From a virus (Duplodnaviria; Caudoviricetes), in IMG/VR virus record IMGVR_UViG_3300032030_000047, positions 23,624 through 87,623 of that record: DNA of 64,000 nt; one strand, 5' to 3'. This document shows positions 63,497-64,000 of this stretch, one piece after another. The number at the start of each line of letters is the position of its first letter. The stretch's first letter is position 1. The notes beneath the pieces are model-generated. The model saw nothing but the letters and a program-made list of their open reading frames with translations. It had not been told where the DNA came from and searched no databases. The translations under genes were made by a program, and so were the position numbers.

Positions 63497-63621
63497 TTTT
63501 CAAACCCCATTCTTTTATCAATTGCGCGTCTAAGAGGGCGCTGATGCCGTGATTTCTTATAGGCTTTACGATTCTTCCAATATCGTTTTTCTTGCCTATG
63601 CAAACATACATAATAGCGCAT
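63493..63621 (-). CDS. Small basic peptide (42 aa)
   Basis: GAGGA RBS; TAATG/ATGA coupling. Confidence 0.5.
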   Translation of the reverse strand: MRYYVCLHRQEKRYWKNRKAYKKSRHQRPLRRAIDKRMGFEK

Positions 63622-63776
63622 TATTCCTCATACTCCCTTCCTTTATGCTTCGGTTTCTTCTTGCGCTTATCGGGGATAATACGAGTAACGCAATATCCCT
63701 GAGGAAACTCTTTTCTCTGTGACTGGAATACTTCCGTCCATGTTTTCGGTTGCTGTTTCTTCTTGCTCTTGCTCAT
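63621..63776 (-). CDS. Small basic protein (51 aa)
   Basis: AAGGAG RBS after a promoter; MSKSKKKQQPKTW...IIPDKRK. Confidence 0.6.
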   Translation of the reverse strand: MSKSKKKQQPKTWTEVFQSQRKEFPQGYCVTRIIPDKRKKKPKHKGREYEE

Positions 63777-64000
63777 CGTCTCGCATCTCCTTTCGACATT
63801 GTTATTATAGCAAATTTCATGTTACAAGTCAATAACTAAATTGTTAAGATTATGTTAAATCTGCGGGCCGGCGGAAGTTAGCTTTCGCTAACTTCCTCGA
63901 TAATAACATTCGACAATTTGTAAATCTTAGTTATATCAAATTTACATCCGCACTTATCACAAGTACAAGTCCACCACTGTTCACCGCCGAACTGGTCGAA

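Overview
The window is a 64-kb piece of a large tailed phage, most likely infecting a gut or rumen Bacillota (Clostridia-like) host: GGAGG RBSs, sigmaA-type TTGACT-17-TATAAT promoters, LL-H-type holin, NlpC/P60 lysin, SpoIID. The phage reads TAG as Gln (genetic code 15), so the supplied code-11 ORF track fragments or misses many genes. CDS coordinates below are re-derived by hand with TAG=Gln. Layout, nearly all on the minus strand: (1) 1-5.3 kb, a tRNA/ncRNA island with Leu, Glu, intron-containing Asn, a candidate circularly permuted tRNA, two Asp, Met, Ile-UAU and Gly, several ORF-free structured RNAs and an HNH nuclease. (2) 5.3-11.6 kb, a RiPP-like locus with two CXXX-repeat-family radical SAM/SPASM enzymes, their partner proteins, a 33-Cys substrate fused to a fibre-like N-terminus, a U32-like Fe-S protein and an amber-suppressor tRNA(CUA) in the middle. 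(3) 11.7-47.7 kb, tail fibre/baseplate genes, the lysis cassette and one 3,193-aa tail protein. (4) 47.8-64 kb, SpoIID, a deaminase, Thg1, an iteron array, an SF2 helicase, HTH regulators and many small early-type genes with strong promoters. Family assignments come from recognised motifs, not database searches.
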